From Nibricoccus sp. (GTDB lineage Bacteria > Verrucomicrobiota > Verrucomicrobiia > Opitutales > Opitutaceae), in the NCBI GenBank assembly GCA_047602425.1, contig JASGHG010000001.1, positions 1,120,001 to 1,184,000 of the forward strand: DNA of 64,000 bases, given 5' to 3'. A program made the position numbers and the translations under genes. Below are positions 35,658-45,826 of the stretch, piece after piece. Below the pieces are notes generated by a model. That model did not search any database. It saw only the letters and a list, made by a program, of their open reading frames with translations, and was not told the origin of the DNA. Every line of letters begins with the position of its first letter. Position 1 is the stretch's first letter.

Positions 35658-36809
35658 ATGAAAACTTCCGATCGCTCTCCGCGCCCGGCCACGCTCTGCA
35701 TCCACGCGGGCACACATTTGGATCCGACATCCGGCGGTGCGTGCAGCCCCATCTACACTTCCACGGCGTATGCCTATCCGAACTCGACCAATGAAAATAT
35801 TTATCCCCGCTACTTCAACGTGCCGAACCAACAGGTTATCAACCGCAAGCTGGCGGCCCTGGAGCATGGTGAAGCTGCGTTGACCTTTGGTTCCGGCATG
35901 GCGGCCATCTCCACTTTACTGTTCGCCTTTCTAAGACCCGCCGACCATGCCGTTTTCCAAGCCGATCTCTATGGCGGCACCCACCATCTTGTGGCCAACG
36001 AGTTGACCCGTTTCGGTGTGGAAATCTCCTTTTGCCGGAGCACCGACGAATTTTGTGCCGCCCTTCGCGCCAATACACGTCTCATCTATATAGAATCTCC
36101 CTCCAATCCCCTGCTCCGCTGTGTGGACCTGGCCACGATCGCGGCGCTCGGGCGGGCCCGCAACGTTCTTACGGTGATCGACAACACTTTTGCTACACCG
36201 ATCAACCAAAACCCAATTCCCCTTGGTATCGATGCGGTCATTCACAGCGCCACAAAATATCTCAATGGCCACAGCGATGTAAATGCAGGCGTCGTCATTT
36301 CTTCCGCGTCGGTGATTCACCGGCTGACCGAAAGCGCCGTCATACACGGAGGAATGCTGGACTCCCACGCCTGCTATCAGCTCGAACGCGGTCTCAAGAC
36401 ACTCGCGCTGCGCGTGCGCCAGCACAATGAGAACGCCGACCGAATTGCCCGCTATCTACAATCTCACCCAGCCATCGCCAGCGTGAATTACCCGGGATTG
36501 CCTGAACACCCCGACCACGCGATAGCGGCGCGCCAGATGCGCGGGTTTGGCGGTATGATATCGTTTGAGTTGCGCAATGCCAATTACGTGGATGAGTTGT
36601 TGCGCCGACTGCGAGTCATCATGCCCGCACTGAGCCTGGGCGGTGTCGAAAGCCTCGTATGCGTCCCCAGCCGTACATCTCATCGCACGCTGACTCCCGA
36701 TGAACGCAAACGCGCTGGAATCAGCGACGGGCTGGTTCGCGTGTCCGTCGGAATCGAAGACGTCGAGGATTTACTTGGAGACTTTGAGCAGGCGCTTTTA
36801 AAAGCGTGA
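35658..36809 (+). CDS. PLP-dependent transsulfuration enzyme (cystathionine gamma-lyase/synthase family)
   Basis: FGSGMAAI, LYGGT, ESPSNP, IDNTFATP, HSATKYLNGHSD, SLGGVESL, RVSVGIE. Confidence 0.92.
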   Translation: MKTSDRSPRPATLCIHAGTHLDPTSGGACSPIYTSTAYAYPNSTNENIYPRYFNVPNQQVINRKLAALEHGEAALTFGSGMAAISTLLFAFLRPADHAVFQADLYGGTHHLVANELTRFGVEISFCRSTDEFCAALRANTRLIYIESPSNPLLRCVDLATIAALGRARNVLTVIDNTFATPINQNPIPLGIDAVIHSATKYLNGHSDVNAGVVISSASVIHRLTESAVIHGGMLDSHACYQLERGLKTLALRVRQHNENADRIARYLQSHPAIASVNYPGLPEHPDHAIAARQMRGFGGMISFELRNANYVDELLRRLRVIMPALSLGGVESLVCVPSRTSHRTLTPDERKRAGISDGLVRVSVGIEDVEDLLGDFEQALLKA

Positions 36810-36888
36810 CGCTGAGAACTGGTTCCTTTTTATCCAAAGTTCCAGCGGTCCGATTTGCTTAAAGGACTGCCTCGGCAACATTCATAGT

Positions 36889-38736
36889 GTGTCACGCCAC
36901 CATCCGCCCCAGCGACTTCCCGAATCTCCCAAAGCCAAACTCGACTGGGCGTCGTTGCGCGAGACGGTCGACATCCTCCGCTACTTAAAACCCTATCGAC
37001 ACCGGTTTTTCTTTGGATTGGTGAGCTTGTTCGTTAGCAGCATAGCCGGACTTTGTTTTCCCTTGCTCGCAGGCGGATTGATCGACGCCGCCCTGCACCC
37101 TGGCGGTGCCAAATTGCCGATGGTGGGCATACTTTCGCTCAATGGCACAGCCGCGATGCTAGCGGGAACCATCACGATCCAAGCACTGGCCAATGCGAGT
37201 TCAGTCATTGCATTTGGACACGTTGGCCAAACAGCCCTTTCGGATCTGCGACGCGATACTTATGGCCGGATCATTGGGCTGCCGATGGAATTTTTCGCCC
37301 AACGGCGAGTCGGAGAATTAACGAGTCGGATTTCTGGCGATATTGCTCAGTTGGAGTCGGGCCTGATCTTCGCCATACCCCAGCTTTGCCGGCAAACCGT
37401 CGCGTTGATCGGTGGTGTGACTCTCCTCGCCTTCACGTCGGGCAAGCTGACGCTGACCATGCTTTGCTCGGTGCCCTTGCTCATTGCTGGTGCCGTGACC
37501 TTCGGCCGAAAACTGCGCAGACTGGCGCGTGACGCACAGGACCGCCTGGCTGAAACCGGAACAATTGTTGAAGAAACGCTCCAGGCTATCGCGAGCGTCA
37601 AGGCGTTCGCCAACGAAGCGTTCGAGCTCAATCGCTACCGCCAAACCAACGAAGGCGCCCTTGATACCGCGCTGACAGCGGTGCGCTGGCGGGCGGCGTT
37701 TTTCGCGGCTTTCACCATATCGCTTTTCGGCGGAATGGTGATCGTGCTTTGGTTTGGGGCCGGCCTTCTCCAAACGGGACAGATCACGACCGGTGAACTC
37801 ACGCGTTTTGTTCTCTATAGCACCTTCGTTGCGGGTGCGATGGGCCATGCCGCCGAACTCTATAGTCAGGTACAAAAGACCGTCGGCGCAAGTCAGCGTG
37901 TGCGCGAACTGCTGCAGGAAAAAATTGAAATTTCAACAACCACACGGCAGTTGGAAACACCTGATGCCAGGACCCCGGACCGGCTCCGTGGTGAAGTGGA
38001 ATTCCAAAACGTCACCTTCCGCTATCCAGCACGCCCAGAGATCACTGTGCTGGCAGATATATCCCTCAAGGCACGACCCGGTGAAGTCACCGCGTTGGTC
38101 GGTCCGAGCGGCGCCGGTAAATCGACCCTGACCGCGCTACTTTTCAGGTTTTACGCACCTGAAAAAGGCCGCCTGCTAATTGATGGCCGCGACGCTCTCG
38201 ATTTCGATCTCGGTGCGTTGCGCGGACAGATGGCGCTCGTGCCACAAGATGTGGTTCTTTTTGGTGGTTCGATTGCTGAAAACATCCGCTATGGAAAACC
38301 CAGCGCAACGATGGAAGAAATTCGAGCGGCGGCCCAAAAGGCGAATGCCGCGGAATTCATCGAACGTTTCCCAGAAGGCTATTCGACGATTGTGGGGGAA
38401 CGAGGCGTCAAACTTTCCGGCGGACAGCGTCAGCGTGTCGCGATCGCGCGAGCCATTTTGAAAGATCCCGCCATCCTCGTTCTCGATGAAGCCACAAGTT
38501 CGCTCGACAGCGAAAGCGAACAGCTCGTCCACAGCGCACTCGAACGTTTGATGGCCGGCCGGACCACGTTTGTGATTGCTCATCGTCTCGCGACCGTGCG
38601 TCGCGCAGATCAGATCGTGGTCCTTGACCACGGCCGAATCGCCGAGCGCGGCACGCACGAAGAGCTTTCGAAAAACCCCGACGGGCTCTATCGGCGGCTG
38701 AATACGCTCCAATTTCAAAACGCCTCGATTGAATAA
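36889..38736 (+). CDS. ABC exporter half-transporter (TMD+NBD, MsbA-like)
   Basis: Multi-TM domain; Walker A GPSGAGKS, LSGGQ, ILVLDEATS, IAHRL. Confidence 0.93.
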   Translation: MSRHHPPQRLPESPKAKLDWASLRETVDILRYLKPYRHRFFFGLVSLFVSSIAGLCFPLLAGGLIDAALHPGGAKLPMVGILSLNGTAAMLAGTITIQALANASSVIAFGHVGQTALSDLRRDTYGRIIGLPMEFFAQRRVGELTSRISGDIAQLESGLIFAIPQLCRQTVALIGGVTLLAFTSGKLTLTMLCSVPLLIAGAVTFGRKLRRLARDAQDRLAETGTIVEETLQAIASVKAFANEAFELNRYRQTNEGALDTALTAVRWRAAFFAAFTISLFGGMVIVLWFGAGLLQTGQITTGELTRFVLYSTFVAGAMGHAAELYSQVQKTVGASQRVRELLQEKIEISTTTRQLETPDARTPDRLRGEVEFQNVTFRYPARPEITVLADISLKARPGEVTALVGPSGAGKSTLTALLFRFYAPEKGRLLIDGRDALDFDLGALRGQMALVPQDVVLFGGSIAENIRYGKPSATMEEIRAAAQKANAAEFIERFPEGYSTIVGERGVKLSGGQRQRVAIARAILKDPAILVLDEATSSLDSESEQLVHSALERLMAGRTTFVIAHRLATVRRADQIVVLDHGRIAERGTHEELSKNPDGLYRRLNTLQFQNASIE

Positions 38737-38808
38737 TGCCCACTCCTCGGTTTAGCATTTCAATCGTTCGCAGTGGCACGAAATGTGGATATCAACTCTA
38801 CGGTTAGC

Positions 38809-40023
38809 ATGAAGTTCATGGACGGGAAAAAACATCCCCGCTGGTGGAGCTTGGCGCTTATGTCGCTCCTCCTGTTCGTACTCCTCGATCTTACCGTGGG
38901 CACATTGGTTTTCTGGTTCGCTCCGTATAAAATCGATAATCGCCTCTATCGATGCTTGTCGCCAATTTATCATCACGATTTGCGACCAAATATATCGGCA
39001 AAGGCAATCTGGGGATCCAACCGCTATCGTATATACACGAATTCGCTGGGTTTCAAAGACTCCGCCATCCGGGAAATTCCCCTTAAAAGTAGCGCCTGGC
39101 GTGTAGTACTGCTGGGTGATTCCTTCACCGAAGGCATAGGCTTCGCCTACGAAAACACATTCGCTGGCATTCTGCACGAGCACTTGGTGCCACGAGGGGT
39201 CGATGTCCTTAACGCGGCAGTCAGTTCGTATTCTCCAACCATTTACTATCGTAAAATGAAGTACCTGCTCGAGGAGGTGAAGCTTCAGGTCAATGAGGTG
39301 ATTGTATTCATGGACATTTCGGATATCCAAGACGAAGCATTGATCTATTCCTTGAGTGATGACGGGCGCGTAATTGACCAATCAAACCAGTCGCCTGAGG
39401 CGCTTAAAGTGCGTAAGCTCTTCATGCCTCCCTTGACCCGGATGAGCAGGCTGAAACTTCTGTTACGACAACACTCTCTCTCGGTAGCCGTCTTTGATCG
39501 ATTGAGAGACAGCTATCTTTCAAAAAAGTCAAAGAGCCCTATTGAAAATACAGGGGGACCGTTGGATCCATGGTCGCATGTACTTGAGAATAGTCGGGCT
39601 AACTGGACTTATGATTCCGATATATTCGCAGCCTACGGTGAACGAGGAATGCAACAGGCAATACGTTCCATGAATCTATTGAACGAACTTCTGCGTAAAT
39701 ATGGCGTGGGACTTACCGTTGTCGTATACCCGTGGCCGAATCAAATCGCTGCCAGAGATCGGAATTCAAAGCAGGTGCAATACTGGCAGAACTGGGCTGC
39801 GACATGCGGGTGTGAATTCGTTGACCTATTTGGCGAGTTTATCGACGGCAGTGATCCGGCAGTAATAATTCCAAAATATTATATTTATGGAGATTCTCAT
39901 TTTAATGCAATGGGGCATCAACGCGTGGCGGACGCCATGTTGAAAAAATTCCAATGGCGTGACGACAATACAAAAATACGCACAGTTGACCGCGCAGAAG
40001 AAAACCAAGGCAACAGGCTATGA
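38809..40023 (+). CDS. Membrane-anchored SGNH/GDSL-family protein
   Basis: N-terminal TM helix, TNSLGFKD, LLGDSFTEG, NAAVSSY, DSHFN..GH. Confidence 0.82.
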   Translation: MKFMDGKKHPRWWSLALMSLLLFVLLDLTVGTLVFWFAPYKIDNRLYRCLSPIYHHDLRPNISAKAIWGSNRYRIYTNSLGFKDSAIREIPLKSSAWRVVLLGDSFTEGIGFAYENTFAGILHEHLVPRGVDVLNAAVSSYSPTIYYRKMKYLLEEVKLQVNEVIVFMDISDIQDEALIYSLSDDGRVIDQSNQSPEALKVRKLFMPPLTRMSRLKLLLRQHSLSVAVFDRLRDSYLSKKSKSPIENTGGPLDPWSHVLENSRANWTYDSDIFAAYGERGMQQAIRSMNLLNELLRKYGVGLTVVVYPWPNQIAARDRNSKQVQYWQNWAATCGCEFVDLFGEFIDGSDPAVIIPKYYIYGDSHFNAMGHQRVADAMLKKFQWRDDNTKIRTVDRAEENQGNRL

Positions 40024-40157
40024 GTTGCCACCGATAAGTTACTTCCTGCGACAGTGGGCGGCTCGCTCACAGAAAGTTGGCAAAGGCTGACGCATGATAG
40101 GAGCGCCTGCGCTCTTAAGCGAATGATCATAGAAAGAGCGCCGAACGCTGAATGGTA

Positions 40158-41138
40158 TCACTCCAACCACGCTGAAAGATTCCGTCCGATGAGATCCTGT
40201 GTTTGAAGTATTTCATCACGATAGTAGTCGACCACCAACCGACGGTCGTCGGCAGAAAGTGGGAACTGCTTTTTTCCGCGGCTATAAAACATTTCTCTCA
40301 TCGTCCGGCTCATTCTTGCCGGCAACCATCTGGAAAGAGGTGTATTGCCGGCAACCCGACGACGCAATCGATATAGCATCGGGAAACGCGGCACCCTTGT
40401 TTCGTGACACTGGTGGGACAAATCAATCGCGTGATTGGCATCCACGCCTAGGAAATCGAAGATGTCACGCAGCACCCCTCGCGCGTCAGCACAATATGTT
40501 TCATATAAATAGACACGGATCTGCTCGCGGGGAAATAATGCAAAGAAACGTTGCAGATGGGTGGCGTACAAGCCGCAATCGAGCGGGATTGGATGTCGTT
40601 GCATCCCTCGTCGGCGGTCGGGTTTCGTCCCCATTGCCTGCAATACCCAATCGCGGAACGTGACGCGGTGACCCGTGTGGAGGGTACGCAGATAGAGCGT
40701 GTGCAGCCGTTCGACTGGATCGCGAAGCACGAAGATTAGCTTGGTCCGGGGCAACCGTCGATGGATGGCCGCAGCTGAACTGGGAAACCAGAGATACATA
40801 ACACTGGCTTCGCCGATAGCGACTTGATCACCGACATTCCGGAATAGCCGCAAGTAGTCCTTCCATTTTGTAATTGTGATCGAAATGGGTTCATTTGCGT
40901 ACGTCTGCCTCTCAGCTTCGGTTAGGGTGGCAGTGATTTCCTGATCGGTCAGGGGCTTAAAATTTGGCAGGGATACGATGTCGTCGGCTGCAAAGAAATT
41001 GGGTTCCTTGACCGGACTCATAAAAACCTGAGGGTGCTGCTTCAGGTAGCAGTAAAGCGAGGTCGTCCCTGATTCACCAGCTCCCGCCACGATGAAATTT
41101 GGCGGTTTCTCAATTATCGCTTCGGAGATGGATGGCAT
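40158..41138 (-). CDS. Sulfotransferase-family protein with variant PAPS-binding loop
   Basis: PNFIVAGAGESGTTSL..YL.QHP, KEPNFF, GEAS..YL, LRDPVER. Confidence 0.85.
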   Translation of the reverse strand: MPSISEAIIEKPPNFIVAGAGESGTTSLYCYLKQHPQVFMSPVKEPNFFAADDIVSLPNFKPLTDQEITATLTEAERQTYANEPISITITKWKDYLRLFRNVGDQVAIGEASVMYLWFPSSAAAIHRRLPRTKLIFVLRDPVERLHTLYLRTLHTGHRVTFRDWVLQAMGTKPDRRRGMQRHPIPLDCGLYATHLQRFFALFPREQIRVYLYETYCADARGVLRDIFDFLGVDANHAIDLSHQCHETRVPRFPMLYRLRRRVAGNTPLSRWLPARMSRTMREMFYSRGKKQFPLSADDRRLVVDYYRDEILQTQDLIGRNLSAWLE

Positions 41139-41172
41139 GAAATTTTTTATTTTGTTCCTCCATATTGGTTTG

Positions 41173-42354
41173 TTACGGCCCGTGCTTCGCCTGAATCAGG
41201 CTTTCGAACAGCGCCAAGTGGGCCGACACAGAATCCGTCCAACGGACCCTGCTTCGCTCAAAGCAGCGACGCGCACCTTCGGAAATGCGGTTCCGAAGAC
41301 TTTCAGATCCGTGCAGTGCTCGCATGATTCTTACGATTGATTCGGGATCGTTAGGATGAACAAGGAAACCTTCCTCGCCATCGACGATAAAATCGGCAAT
41401 ACCTTCGCCCTTCGTACCGATGACGGGCACTCCCTGAGACATGGCTTCAAAATATACGGTGCCGAGCGATTCGCGAACACTGGGAAGCACAAATAAATGA
41501 GACTCTGCAATGCGGGTAACAACTTCGCGGTGCGAGATAGAGCCCGTAAATTGGGTGGCATCGGCAATGCCGTGGTGAACGGTGAGTTTTTTTAGACGAG
41601 GAAGTTCGGATCCATTACCGATAACGACAAGTTGAGCCTCGGGGAATTCACGACGGAATATGACAAAAGCTTCAATGAGCACGTGAATCTTCTTTCTTTC
41701 GATGAGACGTGCTGCCGTTGATATTGTAAACGCAGTGGGCCGTCGTGGTTGGAGATCATTATAGACGTCGATCGCCAGGGGGATAACGGAGGCATTGTGC
41801 GACCCAGCGACTTCAATACCGACGCGCATCAGAAGCGGTGAAAGGTAGACCACAGAATTGGCATGGCGAAGAGTGTCTGTAATCGCGCGGCGCCATGACG
41901 GTGAGACGGGAGCAATGTCGAAAAGCTCGTTATCCAACATCGAGACGACGAATTTCGCACCACCCGTCCGCCCAATCATGCAACCCGGAAGTCCGCTCGA
42001 ATGGGCATGAATAACATTTCCACCATCCTCCGAAAATAAATTCGTATAAGGCCTCAACGCCCTCCAAAAAAGGTGTCGTTGAAGCTCTATCGAAAATGGT
42101 GCTTTGCTGAAATGTGCGAGCGAAAGATATCGCGGGTGAATAATCGGGACACCGTGATCCATCTCCATTTTCGGGACAGCACGGCGACGCTGCCAACTAG
42201 CGCGTGGTATAAAAGGGGGCGCCCATGGCAGTGGCACGATGGCCTGCACTTCGTGACCGGCCGCGCGCAACAAACGAAATTGTTCATTGGAGGTAAGTCC
42301 TCGCATCGGAAGGGCTGGCGAAGGAAACTGCGGAGAAACGACAAGTATCTTCAT
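41173..42354 (-). CDS. Glycosyltransferase family 4
   Basis: MKILVVS, VIHAH, RLIERK, FVLPS.RESLGTVYFEAM..GVPVI (EX7E). Confidence 0.9.
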   Translation of the reverse strand: MKILVVSPQFPSPALPMRGLTSNEQFRLLRAAGHEVQAIVPLPWAPPFIPRASWQRRRAVPKMEMDHGVPIIHPRYLSLAHFSKAPFSIELQRHLFWRALRPYTNLFSEDGGNVIHAHSSGLPGCMIGRTGGAKFVVSMLDNELFDIAPVSPSWRRAITDTLRHANSVVYLSPLLMRVGIEVAGSHNASVIPLAIDVYNDLQPRRPTAFTISTAARLIERKKIHVLIEAFVIFRREFPEAQLVVIGNGSELPRLKKLTVHHGIADATQFTGSISHREVVTRIAESHLFVLPSVRESLGTVYFEAMSQGVPVIGTKGEGIADFIVDGEEGFLVHPNDPESIVRIMRALHGSESLRNRISEGARRCFERSRVRWTDSVSAHLALFESLIQAKHGP

Positions 42355-42367
42355 CGGAAATACCAGT

Positions 42368-43450
42368 TCAAAGGTGCGCTTCAAGTTGCGCCAATCGCGC
42401 AGACCATGTGTGCTCGCCCAAAATGCGTGCTCGTGCGCGGTGGCCGATCGCGCGGCATTCGGCCGGGTGGCGCGCGAGGTCTTTTGCCAAGCGACTCGCC
42501 TCCCACGCCGATCGGAAAGTGAGGATGTCTTTTCCGAGTTCAAAAATCTCCGCGAGATCCCGGTGATATTGAGTAAGGTAGCAGCATCCCATTCCAGGGA
42601 ATTCGAGGTCCCGAAGTTTGAGATAACTACAAGCATTCGGCTCCGCACCTCCTTGATTGAGCCCGAGAACTACGGCCGATTGCCGCAACTCCGTGAGCAG
42701 TGTTTCGTCGTCGAGGTAATCGCCAATTCTCGTAGCGAGAAACGACCGAACGATGCCCCGGGCCATGCGTCTTGCCAAATTCGGCTCTTTCGCAACGCGG
42801 TGGGGGGCGGCGGCCAACGCTTCCGGCCATCCCCATCCACGCACCTGCAAATCCACGCCCATTATTCGCAGAATGGTGGCGGTCCGCAGCCGGTTGCGGT
42901 TGGCAGAGCCGACAAATAGCAGACTATGTTCGGATGTGATGCAGGAAGCATCGGGCAGCGCATTTGGATTGACCGCGTACGGAGCACGAAGGAAGGGCAC
43001 CCCCAGAGAACGATAGCGCTCTTTCGCCTCCGATTCGACGAACCAGTTCAATGAGGTTCGCGCCGCCAGTCCCGCAACTAAATCGAAGGCATAAAGGCTG
43101 TCGCAAAAAAAATTGATCCATGGGATACCCTTCGCCCGCACGCGATCCACAACGTCCAAGTCGAGGTCATGGGAGAAACAACATGAGAGAACGGCCTGCG
43201 GCGCACCGCCGTCAGCACCGAAGATTTGTTCCAATAGTTTTTCACTTGTGCGAGTGCGGAGTGCAACGGCGCCATCTGGATCGTGCGTCTGCGGTGGACG
43301 CGCCCATGCAAAGTCAAGATCCTGCGGACGAATCACCGCCACACCGGCTTGCTCTAGTCCCTCGTAGAAATGTCGCTCCCAAACCTTCGCATACCGCCAG
43401 GAACGCACATGGCAATCAGGCACGAGGACGAAAATCCGGCGTAACTTCAT
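42368..43450 (-). CDS. CgeB-like glycosyltransferase (Glyco_trans_1_2-type C-terminus)
   Basis: LFVGS...NR, KLRDLEFPGMG..YLT, IGHRARARILGEHTW..RL. Confidence 0.78.
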   Translation of the reverse strand: MKLRRIFVLVPDCHVRSWRYAKVWERHFYEGLEQAGVAVIRPQDLDFAWARPPQTHDPDGAVALRTRTSEKLLEQIFGADGGAPQAVLSCCFSHDLDLDVVDRVRAKGIPWINFFCDSLYAFDLVAGLAARTSLNWFVESEAKERYRSLGVPFLRAPYAVNPNALPDASCITSEHSLLFVGSANRNRLRTATILRIMGVDLQVRGWGWPEALAAAPHRVAKEPNLARRMARGIVRSFLATRIGDYLDDETLLTELRQSAVVLGLNQGGAEPNACSYLKLRDLEFPGMGCCYLTQYHRDLAEIFELGKDILTFRSAWEASRLAKDLARHPAECRAIGHRARARILGEHTWSARLAQLEAHL

Positions 43451-43556
43451 AAAACGGAAAAATACCTCGGTTCTCCGGAGCTCAAATTGTGACCACCGCA
43501 CAATAAGATACGTTGTACAGTTGGATCAGCCCCCTGCCCATAAGAATGGGAGCTAC

Positions 43557-44579
43557 TCATCTTTGCGTCCCCCATCGGCGGCCAAACACTGAGCGCATTT
43601 TCTTTATAAGCCTGGAGGAAAACGTCCTATAATCATGCTCCAACACCAGTATCCGCCACGCCGTTCGGATGCGGGTGGCAAACTTCCTTTTACTCCAAAA
43701 GAATCGATAGAAGAGCCTGTCTTGATTCGCGACTTTCAAAAAACTCTTCGTGATGTCTTCGGCTTCACGGAAGGCGTTGCGATAAATCAGGTATTTCGAT
43801 GCATCACGGCAGAGAACCTCCATTTTACGCTTCTGTAAATGGATATACATAAACTCTTCTCGATGAATTCCATCCGCCAATAAAAAATAACGGTATACCC
43901 TCCCGTTCTCGTATGCAAAACAGGATTGGTCTGATTTTGGCTCTCGACCCTTGGCTTCACCATGTAAACGCAGTGCGTAGTCACCGTAAAATATATTGGC
44001 GCCAGGAGATCCGACATAGAGTTTTAAGTTTCGTTGAGAAAAAAAAGCATTTACTCCATCTTCCCGCTCGTCGAAAGCCCAGTTACGCTCGTTCGCGAGA
44101 ACCGTCCGATAGTCCACGCAACGAGCGAACCGCTCGCGGTAAATGAGATTTACGACCGATGTATTCCTATATAACGCAAAGTATCCCCTATCGAAAATCT
44201 TGTCGTACTGCTGATAAAGCTCGTCTGAAATAAATTCATTAATTCTTCCAAAGATCACGTCAGGATCGAAATGCCCCCAAAAATCGTAGCCTTGCAGGTA
44301 ATCTGCGAAGAGATGTCCGTAAATCGGTTTATAGTCACAAAGTTTGTAAGGACGTTCAAGCGCCAAAGGGAAATCAAAATGCTGCTGAAAATAATTTCTC
44401 AAACCGGTCAAATTAGTATAATTTACGAATACATTAGTAGGCCATTCATATTGAGTTCTATCATCTGTAAATATATACCAGTCGAAGTCGGTGTTGCATT
44501 CGTAAGACTTCAATGCCAAGCCAAAGAAATTGGGAAGAATCCCAAAATACGGTTGAATCATGGCAACTTTGCGTTTCAT
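43557..44579 (-). CDS. DUF6625-like putative glycosyltransferase
   Basis: PYFG.LPNFF, FDWYIFTD, PYKLCDYKPIYG.LF, DFWGHFDPDVIFG, FDE, YIHLQKR. Confidence 0.8.
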   Translation of the reverse strand: MKRKVAMIQPYFGILPNFFGLALKSYECNTDFDWYIFTDDRTQYEWPTNVFVNYTNLTGLRNYFQQHFDFPLALERPYKLCDYKPIYGHLFADYLQGYDFWGHFDPDVIFGRINEFISDELYQQYDKIFDRGYFALYRNTSVVNLIYRERFARCVDYRTVLANERNWAFDEREDGVNAFFSQRNLKLYVGSPGANIFYGDYALRLHGEAKGREPKSDQSCFAYENGRVYRYFLLADGIHREEFMYIHLQKRKMEVLCRDASKYLIYRNAFREAEDITKSFLKVANQDRLFYRFFWSKRKFATRIRTAWRILVLEHDYRTFSSRLIKKMRSVFGRRWGTQR

Positions 44580-44681
44580 ATTTACGTTTATATGGTTCGC
44601 CCCTTATTTCTATATCGCAATTTATCGAATAAAAATTGATTCGCGTATAAATATAGCCAATCAAATTGCATTGAATCTACC

Positions 44682-45617
44682 ATGACTGGCAGGAAGCGTA
44701 TTTTATTATTGGGCGGCACCGGTTTTATAGGAACGGCTTTAACCCGACGATTATCTGCGAATCGCGCGGACAATGAGTTGATGATGCTTATTCACCGGAA
44801 AGCCCCGTTGCGCGAACTGGAGCAAATCAATACTCACACAGGCGACCTTGGCACATTCGATCTTGCTCTGCTCGATAAATTTTCGCCGCACGTCGTTGTG
44901 CATCTGGCGCGAATGAGCGGTCAGGGGCGTATCGGCAGATTGTTGGCAGCTTGGAGAGGTGCGCGAGCGAATAGACGAATCATTAGCCACCTGCAGTTGA
45001 TGCAGCCCACGCCTCATGTTATCTATGTCAGTGGCACCTTGGTCTACGGCGATTGCGGGACTCGTCCGGTCGATGAGGATCATCCGATATCCCCAATAGC
45101 CTTTGCGAGGGAATATATCAGAGCGGAAAAACCGTGGATGGACGCTTTGATAAAAGGAACTATACCGGTGACGATTTTGCGGCCACCTTGGATTATGGGG
45201 CAAGGCTCTTGGTTTTCGACGTTTTATCTTAAAAGTATTCATGACCATGGGATAGTTCCTCTCTTTGGTGACGGGCAAAATTGGATGTCATTGATCGATG
45301 TTGAAGACTGCGCAGGTTTAGTTGCACATGCAGTGAGAAATGCCCAGCCTGGGCGGTGCTATAATCTCTTTTGCCCAAATGCGCATCTGACGCAGATTGA
45401 GTTTGCTGAAAGATTATCGAAAGAATCCGGTGCGAGTGTGAATAAATTGAGTATGGATGAAGTGAAAGACGTATATAGTCCTACGATTTGGGAGGCGTTT
45501 ACATTTTCGAATATCAGCTCGACTAAATATCCGGAGTTCATTGCGGGCTATGATTTCAAATATAATTCCATTGATAAGATTATTGGGAACAATTTGCCCG
45601 CCGATGTAAGCGGGTAG
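44682..45617 (+). CDS. NAD-dependent epimerase/dehydratase-like (extended SDR fold)
   Basis: GGTGFIG, VVHLA, ILRP, GDGQN..S.IDVED.A. Confidence 0.85.
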   Translation: MTGRKRILLLGGTGFIGTALTRRLSANRADNELMMLIHRKAPLRELEQINTHTGDLGTFDLALLDKFSPHVVVHLARMSGQGRIGRLLAAWRGARANRRIISHLQLMQPTPHVIYVSGTLVYGDCGTRPVDEDHPISPIAFAREYIRAEKPWMDALIKGTIPVTILRPPWIMGQGSWFSTFYLKSIHDHGIVPLFGDGQNWMSLIDVEDCAGLVAHAVRNAQPGRCYNLFCPNAHLTQIEFAERLSKESGASVNKLSMDEVKDVYSPTIWEAFTFSNISSTKYPEFIAGYDFKYNSIDKIIGNNLPADVSG

Positions 45618-45826
45618 TTTCGTCCACGGGACCTACGAGATGATTGCGGTCCGCTATTCGAAGGGAAAAGGGAAGTTGTAACGGTCCTGTTACGGAAAAT
45701 TGCCTGCGTTCGAGGCGAATTCGGAGAATCTACCGAATTACCTCCCCGCGATCCTGCAATGGCGCGGATCCGAAACCCGGTCGAGCCGCACAGGATCCAG
45801 TCGCCTACCGTATTGCAGTTCGTTCC

